The notes under the pieces: model-generated | Told to the model about the DNA's origin: nothing | What the model saw: only the letters and a program-made list of their open reading frames with translations | Database searches by the model: none | Source of the DNA: the human T2T-CHM13v2.0 reference genome, Homo sapiens | Strand: one strand, 5' to 3' | Assembly (NCBI RefSeq): GCF_009914755.1 | Contig: NC_060942.1 | DNA: 64,000 bases | Translations under genes and position numbers: made by a program | Part shown: piece by piece, positions 1 to 14,692 of the stretch | Layout of the letters: each line of letters begins with the position of its first letter | How positions within the stretch are numbered: position 1 is the stretch's first letter

Positions 1-930
<930 letters not shown>

Positions 931-1370
931 TTGTCATGGCATTTTTAAGGAAAGTGTTTATTAATGCATATTTTCTCTATCAGTAATTACAAATCCTCTT
1001 CCTCTGCCAAGGACCAGCTCGGCACCAACTTTACCACCCAAGTTCACAGCCACCTCTCACTTCCTGAGATCCCATACTACCAAATATCTAGGGTACTTTA
1101 TTACTTTATTAATTCTTTCTCATATTTTTCTATGATGGTTTCACGTATGTTGATCTTGTTTCCTCAATGAAATTGTAAGCTTTTTGTGAGTAATAAGGAC
1201 AGCAATCTTTTTTTGTACTCCTTTCTCTTGCACACAGTGAGATCACAAAACATAGTTAGAAATATTTGACCAGACAGTTTGCAAGAGTCTTGACCTTATC
1301 CTTGCTTTTAAGGTATTTGTAAACAAAGGCACATGAAACAAATACGGTGTAGCATTTAAATGAAAAAGGT

Positions 1371-1513
1371 GGCCAGGTACGGTGACTCATGCTTATAATC
1401 CCAGCACTTTGGGAGGCTGAGTTAGGCAAAACCCTTGAGGCGACAAGTTCATGATCGGTCTGTGCAATGCAGCAAAACCCTGTCTCTATAAGAAAATTAA
1501 AAATTAAAAATAA
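1371..1513 (+). mobile_element. Alu left monomer (FLAM-like)
   Basis: ggccaggtacggtgactcatgcttataatcccagcactttgggagg...ccctgtctcta, then A-rich tail; TSD-like aaatgaaaaagg / aaaggaaaaagg. Confidence 0.85.
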
Positions 1514-4500
1514 AGGAAAAAGGCATAATGTCACAATGGGAGGGGAATAGTGAACAAATTAATATGAATTATTGTATTTATACTCTAAATGATAAAGTCT
1601 ATGCAATATTAATGTTTATAAGGTGTCATATAGTATACAAAGCCATCTCATAAACATTAACTTATTTACCTTAGAAAAAGATATACTAAGGAACATAGAG
1701 TAAAAAATTGTTGGAGCTGTATATCAAGCAATGAATTACCAACTTTATGTTAATCAGTCAAAGAAGGCTTCAGAAGTAATTGTGTGCCAAAATGAAGTTT
1801 TGTAGAGTTAAAGTGATATCATTTTATTGTCTTTGTCTATGAGATCTATAAAGGATTATATCTTCTCTGAGAGAATAAGCTGGATCTTGAAGATTTCATA
1901 AAATGATTTCAAACCTGGCATGGAATCTTGACAGGCAACTAAAAGCAAAATGAAGACACAAAAGGTTTTCTTCAGTACCATTGCCCTGAATCTAGAAGAA
2001 AATTATTGTATATACTTTTCCACAAATAATTAAATTTGATTTCTTAGAGAATATTACGGAACTTGTAAGACTCAGTTCCATTGTTTTTCTCCTTCTCCTT
2101 ACTCTTTCTTGGTGACTAATGAAATGGGCAAATAATTATTTTTCTTCTCTTAGGACCTTCTCTGAATAGAATTTGAGAGCTCATATAGCTAACCACTGGG
2201 GATGGCCAAAGAAAACAAATCAGATAGAGGAAGCAGAGAACTGAATGGATCACAAAAATACATCACAGGACTTTTATTATGACAATATTTTAAAATAATA
2301 GATCGTGTTCTAGTTCCTTAGTCCCCTCTCTACCACAAAAACAAGGATTGCCTTTTGTGCACAGAGTCTAATAAAAATCAGGTAGTAGATTTCCAGTATA
2401 TGAAATATACTCTACTACATTTTTCCATGTTTTTTAATTCGATTTTTATGAGTTTCTGTGGCTGAGGGAAATATGGCTAAAGGAACAGGGAGTTCTGGAT
2501 GTTTTAACTGCAGGCTGATATATGCTCATAGAATACGGAGATGGAATGGACCTTGGAAATCAACTCACACAATCCTCTTGTTTCACAGGAAACTGAGATC
2601 TAAAGCAATACTCTCCAACCATGTTCATGTCATGACAACATAGAAAGTACCATATTTTAATGGCACATTGGGACAATCTATAAAGGCTTGGCCACCAAAG
2701 AGGTTATGGGGATCAATATCTTGGAACAAACACCTATTCACACGACTTCAGCATATCAAGGACACATCAAGGGGAATCTCTGGTCTAGAGTGCCCACATT
2801 AGAACGGCAGATTTACAAAAGAAGGCAGAGTAACACCTAAATTTCGGACTCTCCACAAAGTGCTTGTATTATCTTGGCCAAGTGGTCAGGGGGAGTGGTT
2901 ACAAGTAGGATAGGCCAGAATAGAGGAAGGTTTGTGGGATGCTTAATGTCACCATTTTTCAGATCCTTCTAAGATCTTGCATCTTAGAAACTGGCAAATT
3001 GAAATCATTGCTCTATTCCTCTCTCACTGCAGCATCCACTAACCTTATTTCTTATACATACAGCAGAGGAAGATGAACTGGGATAAATATTGTTTTTCTA
3101 CTGATATCACAGTCTCTGTGATTAGAGCCAGATGTGTTGCCTCAGTTTATCCTACCTGTATGCAACATAGTCAATTAACTAACATATTCATTACAATGAG
3201 CTTTTAGTCTTTGTACTGATGTTTACACAAGTAATCTGTTTTAGGAATTTCCAACTGAAGTACAAAATTGTATTAAGGGTAAAGTTCACAACAACAGTTG
3301 ACTTCATTCAGTTCTTTTTCATAACTATACAGAACCGTAATTTTTAGAACAGAAATAAATTAACGTGAATAACTGATACAAATTCCAAACACACAAACAC
3401 ACATACATGTGTACACAAGCATTCATAAAAGTTCATCTTGAAAAGTTAGCATCCTATGATGTTGCAAGCCTCATATTTATTCTAATTTGTAAAAATGTAT
3501 TTCACTGTACCACTTTCTTGAACACTTATGCAGAGACAAAGTGCTTGCTAAGTCCATGGATGGTCAGATGTCAGCCTTAGTAACCTTCTCTAAACCAGTC
3601 TCAAAAAACCTGAGAAGCCCAAAAAACCTGAATTATTGATAAACTTTGTGCCTCACTAGATTAAAACCTATATGAACCATACTTTACTTTTATATGGTGC
3701 TGTGGCAGTACCAAAATCAAAAATTCCAAGGCAACTGAGCACTGGTGTTATTAACATTCTGTTCATTAACCTTCCTTTTCTGCCATAACTGCATCCACAA
3801 TGAATTCTTTTCTGAAATTGGAAAAGACAAAAGAGAGAGGCAGAGACAGAGCGACACACTGAGAGACTATACCTGCTTCTGGAATGTCTTCCTGTGTGTT
3901 ACATACTTGAGACTGTAACAAAACCCTTACCATTCTGTTAAGAATTGTTAACTTAGTAAATTCCAGGTTGAAAATCAAATGACTACAGAATGATTTTTTT
4001 AAGCATTTGGAAACCTTGCATTTTAAGTAACTCCACTTCCATTGCACAAAGACTCGACTATTTATTCATTTCATTTGACTACTTTTTAATCTCAGTTTTT
4101 CTGAAGACACTAATGACCCTCACAGATTGTTACCCTCCAGTGAAATAACAGAGCTTTGGCAGCGGCTGGATTCCAGTTGAAGAGTTCTGAAACTCATTGT
4201 AAATCTTCCTGTTTTGTTGTTCTTCAAACTAGGCTTTGCCATCTGCCTTATGAATTGAATTTTTGTTGCGGTATTTCCCATGATCTAAAATATGGGTATT
4301 GCCATCCATAAACTGAGGTTCCTGGAGAGTATTAATTAAGTCCAAAATATTGCACCAATGTGCACAGTGAAATACAACATAAATGTCATGGCGTGACCAT
4401 TATTATAATCCTGTCTGCATTCCATGATGGCTGTTCTCTCAAAACCCAGAGACAATTTGGTTGTAGCAGCCAACAAAGTTAAATCTGAAGACTTAAATTC

Positions 4501-5859
4501 AGGTGGATGGGATAAATTGAAACAGATCTATTGCTCCCAAACACTCTCTTGGAAATAATGGCATCTTGACATTTTATCAGTCACTCAAGCGGTCATTCTC
4601 AACAGTATCAGTCGGAGCTTGAAGGATAGAGCTGTAAAGAAAGGACTGTCAGCCATAAACATTCCTCAAAACCATGAAAACCACAAATGAGAGCTTAAGT
4701 AATGGAGGACACAATACCCTTGATATTTCAACAATTACCTGCAACAACAGGCTTTGTTCAGAACCATGGTCATTTTTTCAAAAGCCTTACTTGTCAACTC
4801 TGGACTTGGGGGGAAGGAGAGAGATGGAGAAAAAAGAGAAGAGTGGGAAGAAGAAGAGGGAGGAGGGGAAGGTTGAATTCGATGCCCTTAGGTTAAAAAG
4901 TGAAGTTAAGTTGGCCTCATATTTAAGAAAGCTATGAAAAATTTTCAAGAACAACAACAACAAAAAAATCCACTAAAGATTGATCCAAGGACATTAATAT
5001 TATTGAAGTGAAGCTTTGAGATCATTAGAAAGGCATTTACACTGCTCAGTTGTTTCCTTCGTGGCCATTCCTGATGTCAAATTACACAGGAGAAAAATAG
5101 CAGAGAATGCAGTGCAAGGAAGAGAAAGTAGTAATGGATAAGAATGTAAGTGTGGGAAGGCAAAATGAATTTAACTTCATTACACCTCAGGAACATATTG
5201 CTGTGTTGTGAAATGAGAAACACTAATTTTAAAAGGACTTGGTGCTATTATCTTTGCAATTGGGACCCAAGAAAACTAAATGAAATTGAGTATACACCAA
5301 AACCAAGTCACCCAAACTCAAGAGACAGCAAACATGGAAAGGTTAAATGCCCTAGAAATTGCATTTGTGGAGTTTCTCAACACAAGAGATTAATGGTTAC
5401 TCAAAGCAATGGATAAATATTAGCTGAAGACCATTAGCTGAGGAAAACACATCAGTGCATCACTGTTCTCGGGCTTATCAGATCAATTTTAAATAGGTTT
5501 ATCTCGGACTTTTCTAACATTTAATGAGGAACAAATTGTTTTTTTTCTTCTGTTTCCTCTATCCATGTTGACTTTTTGATATTACCTTGGAGAGAACAAT
5601 TAAAATAAATGGGTGTGTGACAAAGTGTTAATTTGGTTGTCTCAGAAGCGATTGCAAAAGGGTCATTTTATTATTGTTTCCTCCTATTACACAGTTTATC
5701 ATAAGTATTTAGATTGAATAGTGGATTTCTTAAATTAGAAGAGAGTTTGAATGGTCATTTTGTTCGTCCTCAGCCTTCAAGCAGCACCCACCTACACAAT
5801 CTCAGCTCTCAGTCCGTATCAATCAGAATCAGACTGTCAGTCTATTCTATTTAACAATA

Positions 5860-5990
5860 AAAAATGAAAACAAACACAAAGCATATATTATTGCCTGTCT
5901 AGTGCCAATCATTATGCTAGTCATCGTGGGGGATTCAAAAAACAAATACAACCCAAGTACTTATCCTCAAGAAGCTTAGCACCTAGTAAA
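5860..5990 (-). mobile_element. L2 3' fragment
   Basis: attattgcctgtctagtgcc...tatgctag...ggggattc...cctcaagaagctta resembles an antisense L2 tail. Confidence 0.5.
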
Positions 5991-8499
5991 CCTAATTCAC
6001 TCATTTTATATAAGTCCGTTTCTTCTATCTCTAGGAAACATTGAGGAAAGAAAGCACAATTATTTTTACCCATAGCTTCTGGATTTCATACAAGAATATT
6101 GAAGTCTAAAGCTTCCCGATTAGGCTTTAACAAGAAAAAAAAACAGAAAGTAGTGCCTGAGGACTGTGGAGATCTTACGGCCTTGCTCTCTGCCTCAGTT
6201 AGTCCCTCTTTTTTCTCTAGCTTAACCTCAAATTATGACTTTGTTCCCCCACCAGTAATGGGGCCTGCGTGACAATTTTTAAAAGTACAAAGACTTCTAG
6301 AAGTAAATTTGTGTCTTAAAATTTACATATATATATTTTTTTCTTTCTTTCTTTCTTTTCCTATGGTTAGCCCCACAAATTCAGCTCAGGAATTTGGAAT
6401 ATCTTTCAATAGGCAGCAAATAAAGCAACACAAATGTTCAGTCAAATGGTCCAATTTTGAAAGCAGCAAGTGACATTTCTGCTTCCTTCAATGAACCATG
6501 CATTTTGTCTTCATTAAAAGAATCGTTTCTTTTTATTCTATGTCAGTATCTCATAATAAGGCATCAATAGAGTAGTGCTTATACACTATGGCTTGCCTGA
6601 CCTGTAAAACAACTTCTCGTGACCTGGATGTTTCCCTTTGTGAACAATACAGCATGAAATAGCCTAGTTCCACCCATATGGAAGGCTGTTGTTTCACAAC
6701 AAACAAAATAGCACAGTAGAAGACCATGCTCACTTTTCATATATTGAGAACTCTTCATAGATTTGAATCTGAGTACATCTGTGGTCTGAAAACACAGGTC
6801 ATGAATAAAGGGACCTTTGAGGAAACTATTTCATGAGAGAACAAAAGACAAGTTCCCTCCAGTGGTCAGAAAAGAGAAAAGAAATATGTCCTCTCTTGGT
6901 ACCAAATAAATGGATATTCTGAGTCTTCGAAATAGTGACATTGTTGTTAACAGTGGAAGCTCTGCATAAGATAATTTGGTCGGGGTAAGAGGATACTGAG
7001 ATAAAGAAGAACTTTATACTCTATATATTTCTCTCATTCTTCTCCCATCCTCCCTCCCTCTCACACACAAACAATTTATCTATTTATAGCTGTTTGATTT
7101 TGTTACAATAAGTATGCATAATTTGGTGTTTTTTAAAAAGTTTAAAAGAGGGCAAAAGCCTCATATAGCTTCTAATATATAGTTTGCTTTCAATAAACGT
7201 TTTTAAAATGTATACTCTTCAAAAGGAAGAGTAGCAAGTGTATATCCTATCCTGTACCCTTTCAGCTAGGACATAAATCTTCTTTGTACTGCTCATAACA
7301 AAAAACAAAAGCAAGCACACAAAAATAATGAAAAACGAGTATCCTCAAAATTGCTTGGCATCCATCATATCCACTTTTCCCTCCCAACTAGGTCATCTAA
7401 GTTGCATTTCCTCATTTGTCTCATTTCAGCATTCTCAGCTCCATAACCTGATTCAAAACTGGCCTCTGATCTACTTTGGTTCTCTGCCCTCCCAGTTCGG
7501 ATCTTTGTATTTCTACTATTCCATACTGTCTTTGTTTTTCTTGGAGCTCTTAATTACCCCCAGGCCAGAATCTCCACCTCTAGTCCCCAATTCTAGGAAA
7601 CTCTATCACCAAAAGATCTAATTGCAGAAATCTTCCTCTTACCCATCCAAAGAACATAAATCTAGCAAGCTGGAAAGAATAGTTAAAATAATAACAATTG
7701 TTATTACTTTTTAAAGAAAATGAGAAAACCAAGTCTCAAGAATAAAGTAGTCACCAGGAATGTCTTCAAAATCCAAAACCTGGTATTATTATGGAAATCA
7801 GAGAAAGGGGATGAAATCCATAGTTACTGGCTAAATGATTTAGTGGAAATAAACAGAGAGAAAACACAGAATGGAAAATCTGGAATTCAAAGGAATTGCA
7901 GCCAGATACTGACCTTGATAACATAACTCATTCTTGGAAATGTCAAAAGTTTTGAAAATCTCAGGAAGGGCATTAGACTTTAACACAAGATATAAAACAG
8001 GAGTTTAGGCCAACCTAGATCTTAAGAAGAAACAAGATCAAAGCTTACATCTGAGTTCTCCATGTAACTAACCATATAATGCAATGTATATGTCAACTAA
8101 GCAATAAACACCCAAAAATGCTCAAGAGAAAGGACCAATCAGAACAGAGGGTCAAGAAAGGAATTTAGAGAAGGTAGAGTTCAGAGCACAAGCTTCATCT
8201 TGATCTCACTAGCTAATGTAAAATATGGCCCTTATGTTGTTGCAATCTTACTTGAAAGCTGTTTCCTGGTCTCAAAGGCTTTATAAAGACACCAAAAGCC
8301 CGTGGACACCGGTTACATGCAACCCCAAACCTAAAACCTGGGGTAAACAGATTTTTTCCAAAGCATCACCCAGGAGAGCTCTAGTTTTCTTTGATCTTTT
8401 CACCCAGGGTCTAATGTTAGGGTCTTTCTTGTGAATTCTCCACATAGGAAATGAAGAATACAATCTTAGTATTGCCCACTTCTCATCTGGGAAAAGCAG

Positions 8500-8700
8500 C
8501 ACTTCTGATATTGACAACTAACTAGTGCAACCCTGAAAAAGTCACTTGACTCTTCTGAGCCCCAATATTACCATCTGTAAAGTGGGAATGAGAGCCACTA
8601 CTTCATACTGTGGTTATTAAGAATTGCATGAGTCCTCAAAAATAAAGCACTTGACACAGTGACTGACACACAGTTACATGCCTAATAAATTGAGGCTCTT
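8500..8700 (+). mobile_element. MIR SINE
   Basis: Core aagtcacttgactcttctgagcccc...catctgtaaagtggg and tail aaagcacttgacacagtgactgacacacagt. Confidence 0.8.
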
Positions 8701-8851
8701 TTTCTTGTCATAAGCCACTATCACATAACGTTACTTTCTTTCAAATGTGTATTCATTCAGTTCTGAAAATATTTTACTTTTGGGTTTTGATTCAGTATAT
8801 TAAGTCCAAACAATTCCAAAACTTCCCAATAGTGTATGGTTTCTCATTCAC

Positions 8852-8897
8852 TCTTTCTCTCTTTTTTTCTTTTTCTTTCTTTCTTTCTTTTTTTATT

Positions 8898-8930
<33 letters not shown>

Positions 8931-8948
8931 CTTTCTCTTTCTTCTTTC
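8852..8948. repeat. (TTTC)n/(CT)n polypyrimidine tract
   Basis: Directly visible. Confidence 0.95.
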
Positions 8949-8977
8949 ATAAAACCTTCATTGTGTCATTGCTCTGG

Positions 8978-9143
8978 AGTGGTGCTTCACAAACTTTAAT
9001 ATGCACAAAAATCACCAGAGACTTTGTTAAAATGCAGATTCTGATTCAATAGGTCTGGCTAGATAAGGCTGAAATTCTGCATTTCTAAAGACATCCCAGA
9101 CACAATGCCACTGGCCAACGGAGAACACTTTGAGTAGCAAGGC
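8978..9143. mobile_element. MER5-family hAT-Charlie DNA transposon
   Basis: aaatgcagattctgattcaataggtctgg...ctgcatttctaa...cactttgagtagcaagg. Confidence 0.8.
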
Positions 9144-9284
9144 ATTAGTTGTTCTCAAAACCCTTTACAATTCTTCAGTTCTAAGTATTTCCTTAAACAG
9201 CTAGACATAGCTGGGGAGGCAGAGGAGGGAAAAATACAAGAAAAATAGTTGCCTGCTTCCATTTGTTGACCATCTAGTAACAAA

Positions 9285-9530
9285 GGTTAGCAATTACTGA
9301 GAACTCTTTTTGACAGGCATTGGTTCAATGTGCACTACATTTTTTAATCTGATTTCATCCTTACAACAACACTGTAAGGTAGGGACTGTTCTTCCTATTT
9401 TAAAATAAGGAAACTGAGCCCAGGAGACACTGAATAATTTTTTCAAAGCCTCATTAACTAATCGATGGCCAAGCGGGAACTGAATAAAAGCAGTGTAGCA
9501 TAGAGTCTAAACTCTTCCCATTCACTATAT
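9285..9530 (-). mobile_element. MIR SINE
   Basis: atccttacaacaacactgtaaggtagg...attttaaaataaggaaactgag. Confidence 0.75.
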
Positions 9531-10469
9531 TATGTATTTTTATACTCTATTTACATTGCAAACTATAACTACATTACTTCTAAGGCAATAGATTCATCTC
9601 TTGTTCGTGTATTGTCCTTACAGGCTGGAAATGCTGAACAGCTTCCTCCCATCTACCAGGGAAAAGTGAGATACAGGTGATTTATAAAAGATCCCCCCAA
9701 CAACCTGCACTTTATCTCGGAGGATATTTACTAGCTAAATTGTTAATTCTCTATTTAACTCACTACCACCCACTAGCTATTAGCTATCATCAGCTGATTC
9801 CTTTCTTGTTTCTCCCATTTCTGTCCCCTATAATACTTGTTCCGTATTCATTTAGCTCCATGCTCAGTCTCTGAAAGCCAGCTCTGCCCAGTTTTGAGAC
9901 CTCACCCTCAGACTCATCTCCCAAGACTACTCTTACCCTACCAATCAAGAAGGGAAGCTTGGACATTGAACCAGTTTATGAGCCATGAAAATAAATTCAG
10001 GCTTATTAATTTGTAGTCAAGAAATGCTTTAACAAATAAGTGAGCATTTTGCTTAGGTGACCCCATCTTCTATTTGTACCCGTAATGGAGAAACTGAAAT
10101 TGTCAAATCAGTGCAATATGTTGCCTCCTTTTGCAAACAAATAATTTATTTTAGGACTTTTCATGGCTTCAGGGTTCTCTTTTCTGGGTCACAAATGATA
10201 AAGCACACAAAATTTTATTCATTTCTATCATGGTTCTGGGGATGCTAAAAATCACATTTTGCTTTTAATAGCTTCTCTACCAATACAGGTAGTAAACTCT
10301 TACTCAGCCTCCCGTTTCTAACTGCTGTTCATACCAGTCTGTCTTAACTGTGGAAACAATTCTCTTGCATGAGCTCTCATTTATTAAGTGCCGACTATGC
10401 TAAGTGCTTTACAGAATATATACAGCATTAGCACTCTGTGGGATTCACTGTAGTTTTGTAAATTGATGA

Positions 10470-10865
10470 CAATAATAATGCCTTACATTTATGTAGTTTT
10501 TATATTTTTGAAAAGGTTTTTTGTGTTCATTATCTTATTTAATCCAAAACCTTTTTTTTTTTTTTGAGGCTGGGTATGGTGGCTCATACCTATAATCCTA
10601 AAACTTTAGGAGGCCAAGGTGGGAGGATCACTTGAGGCCAGGAGTTCGAGGCTGCAGTGAGCTATGACAGTGCAACCTCAGTCTAGCCTGGGCAACAGAG
10701 TGAGACCAGACTCAAAAAAAAAAAAACAAAAGAAACTATTTTTTGAGGGCAGAATAAGTATTATTCTGCCAATCTTACAGACTTGAAAAAACTGAGGATC
10801 AGAGAGGTTAAGTTACCTGTTTTGAGTTACACAAGTTTTGTCAGTATGATGTTGGAACTTAGCAT
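10470..10865 (-). mobile_element. MIR SINE, split by an Alu monomer
   Basis: cattatcttatttaatcc on the left; ttacag...aaactgaggatcagagaggttaagttacctg on the right. Confidence 0.7.
10568..10732 (+). mobile_element. Monomeric AluJ-type element (left-arm 5' half, right-arm 3' half)
   Basis: ggctgggtatggtggctcatacctataatcc...gaggccaggagttcgaggctgcagtgagctatg...gtgagacc plus poly-A; flanks aaacc(t)n-gag / aaacta(t)n-gag. Confidence 0.85.
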
Positions 10866-10888
10866 CCCCTAATTCATTGTGTTCCTAG

Positions 10889-11360
<472 letters not shown>

Positions 11361-12223
11361 AGGAGATGAAATTTTACCTCACTCTAGAAGGATAGCTGAA
11401 ATGTCAATGACTAGTAGCAGAAGGAATTGGCATGAACAAAACTGTAGGTATATGACTACCTGTGAACACGCAAGTTGAGTTTATGAAGCAATAGGGACAA
11501 AAGTTTGTCTAGAGCAGATCTGAGAAGGAGAATTATTAGTAAGAAGCAAACTAAGATCAGGCACTAGAGAGTTTTGAAAACTAAGCTAAGGCTAGGGAGT
11601 TCAAAGCTATTCATATTGCATAACTGAATACTATACTAGTGTTCACTCTGCTTATTACACTTTTCATCAATCCACTAATCTCAGCAATAACTACCAGGCT
11701 CAGAGCTCAGCAAAGTACAAAGGGTATTGGCAGGGAGATCTTTGCATCTGAGGTCCCACTCCCACCCTTAAACACTTCTTGCCTAAACTTTGATCTGAAT
11801 CTTCATAGTCATACACATACAGTGGAAGTTTAGGGTTACATTTTCAATGCCTGACCATCTTTTGCTAAGAAATTTTTTCAAGAAGGCCATGGTGGTAATA
11901 CTACTAATAAGTAAAAATCCATTTCACTGGTTCCTTCAATTAGTCAGACTTCTTTTTGTTGCAATCTAAAATTGAATTTAAACATTAGGGAAATACAAAA
12001 AAAAAGATAGTAAAACATGTTACGGTCATTTTTTTAAACACTGAACTCTACATACTGTGGGACCCATTTACATTTAGCTCAACTCCAGCATCTTCTTGGT
12101 CCCCATTTCCCATTCTTGGTGATGAGAATTCAAGTTGAGAAAAAAAACAGTGCCATTCTATAGAAATTCTTTGGTAAAAATATATTGAATTATGTTCCCT
12201 GGAGCCTACTGAGTTGAAGAAAT

Positions 12224-12412
12224 GCTTATCAACCCTGACACAAGCAGAATTTTAGGCCTAACAATTCTTTGTTGTGGGGGGCTCTTCTGTGCATCAGAGG
12301 CTTTATAGCAGCATCCATGGCCTCTACCCACTAGATGCCAGTAGCAAAAATATCTCCAGGCATTGCCAAGTGTCTCCTGGCTGGCAAAATTTCCCCTGAT
12401 TTAGAACCACTG
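12224..12412 (-). mobile_element. MER20 hAT-Charlie DNA transposon
   Basis: aattctttgttgtggggggc...tggcctctacccactagatgccagtagca...cattgccaagtgtc...gaaccactg. Confidence 0.9.
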
Positions 12413-13686
12413 GGCTGCAGCACAAAAATAACCTCAACTTAGAGAATCCCAGCAATTGGTTTGAAACAAAATTAAGAAAAATAAATTAACTAAGCTCTAG
12501 TCTGTTTCCCTAAGCTTCCCAGCACATCACACTTTGTTATATAATCTCATTTGCTCAGGTAAAACCTATCCAGACCCAAAATAGAAAAATTTACCAACAA
12601 AAACAAAAACAAAAAAAAGACAACACAAAATAAATCCCAGCTCTGAACTAGTTAACTAATATTCCACAGGAAGTTATAGACAATTTCCCTCAAGAAATTA
12701 AATTCCTGTACAAAAGTACCCTGAGGACTTTAACACAAATCACTCTTCTTACTTGAGACTATTTATCATTTTTTAGAGCTTATAAATTATATACACCAAG
12801 CAGCAATTTTATACACCAACAACCATAATAATCCAGACACAAAGTAGAGCAGTTGAAGGGTACGCCGTTCCAACAAAGAGAGGAAGAAGTAGAAGGAGAC
12901 GGGCACGAAAGGAGCAAATAGTGTTCTCCTCTAGAGCACTCTTCCCAGGGACATAGCTTTTCTTTTCTGTCCTCACTGTCTTAATAGATTTCATCTTCCT
13001 TTAAAAGACATGTCACAATCTGTCCCTGAAGACAGCGTTATCATTAAAATGCTCCACTGGGGGCAGAGGGGCAACATTACTCAGTGTGCGACAGGGCATT
13101 CGAGAAGACGGGTGACACTTTTCCTTCAGGGCCAGCATTTTGGAGAACAGAGGGGCTGAGACAGGACTCTCAGAGGTCAAGTCTTCCTCCTCTTGCCTCT
13201 GGTTGAGGCTGCAATCTATGCCATTCAAGAAGAAAAGAAGTCAATTCTTTCCATTTACATTTCCAGAATGAAGTAGCTTTTTTTTCATTTTACAATAATT
13301 ACAAGAGTTAGGAGTCCTGCTAGAGCAATAATGTTCCTCTCCCAGTTATCATCTATGCTCACCTCAGCTATCCTGATCTGAGCATCACTTATAATGATCA
13401 AGAATCAGGTGCCAAATATTCATCTGTGCAGCACACAGAAAATACATCACTCCTACCCTTCCATGTTGGAGGTGAAAAGAAACAAGATGAAGGACACACA
13501 CAGTGGTCAACTCTCATTGCGGTGTTCCTATCTCCCTGTTATTTTCAGTAGTAACCTACATATCATAATTAAGCTGCTCACCATCTACAGAACTGAATAG
13601 ATAGAAAATAATTACAATATTTAAAACTGGAAGTCACCTTGAAAAACCTCTGTATCCAAACTCATTTCATAAAAAGGGAAAACCAT

Positions 13687-13925
13687 ATGAATAAGCTCTG
13701 GAGATATAATGCACAGCATGGTGGCTATAGGTAATAATACTGTGCTATGTACTTGAAATTTTCTAAAAAAGAAGATCCTAAGTTTACTCACCAAAAAGAA
13801 AAGAAAAAGCTAACTATGTGAGGTGATAGATATGCTTGTTATCTTGATTGCTGTGATTAGTTCATAATGTATACGTATCAAAACATCAAGTTGTACACTT
13901 TAAATCTACAAACTAAAATAAACAG
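13687..13925 (+). mobile_element. L1MA-type 3' end
   Basis: aatgcacagcatggtggctatag...taactatgtgaggtgatagatatg...aaaacatcaagttgtacac. Confidence 0.85.
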
Positions 13926-14345
13926 TAAAGAAGGAAGCTGAAACCAGAGAGATAAAATGACACTGCTCAAGGTCATTCAGTTTATCCATGACCTGTGACA
14001 AGAGAACGTGTCCCCTAATACTGCTTCTCAGGAGCAATGACAAAAAATCCAGCTGAAATTATCACCAGAAACAAGAAAGCCAAAAAAACTTTAAGAGGTT
14101 TTATAATTAAACATATCAGAAAGAGTATTTGTTTTTATTTATTTTTTTTGAGGCTCCCTGGCAGCCATTTCTCTTCCTAGTAGCATCCCAAATTCCTTTT
14201 AAGACACTACCCTGCCCCCATTCTCAACTATGTGGTTTGGGTGGATTTGGCGTCACCAAGAGCTCATGCATCTTTCTTTAGGATTCATGAGAAGCTGCAT
14301 TTAGTTGCAAATGCTTCAAGGTAAATCAATTTATTAAATTGCTTT

Positions 14346-14692
14346 TGTATTAGTCCAATCTCATGTTGCTATAAGGACATGCCTGAGACTGGGTAATTTA
14401 TAAAGAAAAGATGTTTAATTGACTCACAGTTCTGCATGGCTGGGAAAGCCTCAGGAAACTTACAATCATTGGTGGAAGGCAAGAGAGAGAATGTCTGCCA
14501 GCAGGGGAAATGCAAGACACTTATAAAACCATCAGATCTCATGAGAACTCACTCACTATCATGAGAACAGCATGGGGGAAATCAACCCCATGACTCAATT
14601 ACCTCCCACTAGGTCCCTCCCATGACACGTGAGGATTATGGGAACTACAATTCAAGATGAGATTTGGGTGGGAACACAGCCAAACCAGATCA
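14346..14692 (-). mobile_element. THE1D/MSTA-like MaLR solo LTR
   Basis: TG...CA ends (tgtattagtcc ... caaaccagatca); perfect 5-bp TSD gcttt; gagactgggtaatttataaagaaaag. Confidence 0.93.

Noticed and set aside
10748-10770. Perfect 10-bp hairpin ggcagaataa-gta-ttattctgcc
   Set aside because: Isolated, short and inside a MIR relic; no other supporting structure.
12327-12345. CTCF-like CCACTAGATGCCAG in MER20
   Set aside because: It mismatches a core G and is part of the MER20 consensus, so it is not specific evidence for this copy.
12750-13240. Unique block with several CpGs, two small minus-strand ORFs and a pyrimidine tract
   Set aside because: The splice signals are weak and the peptides unrecognisable; I cannot support an exon call.
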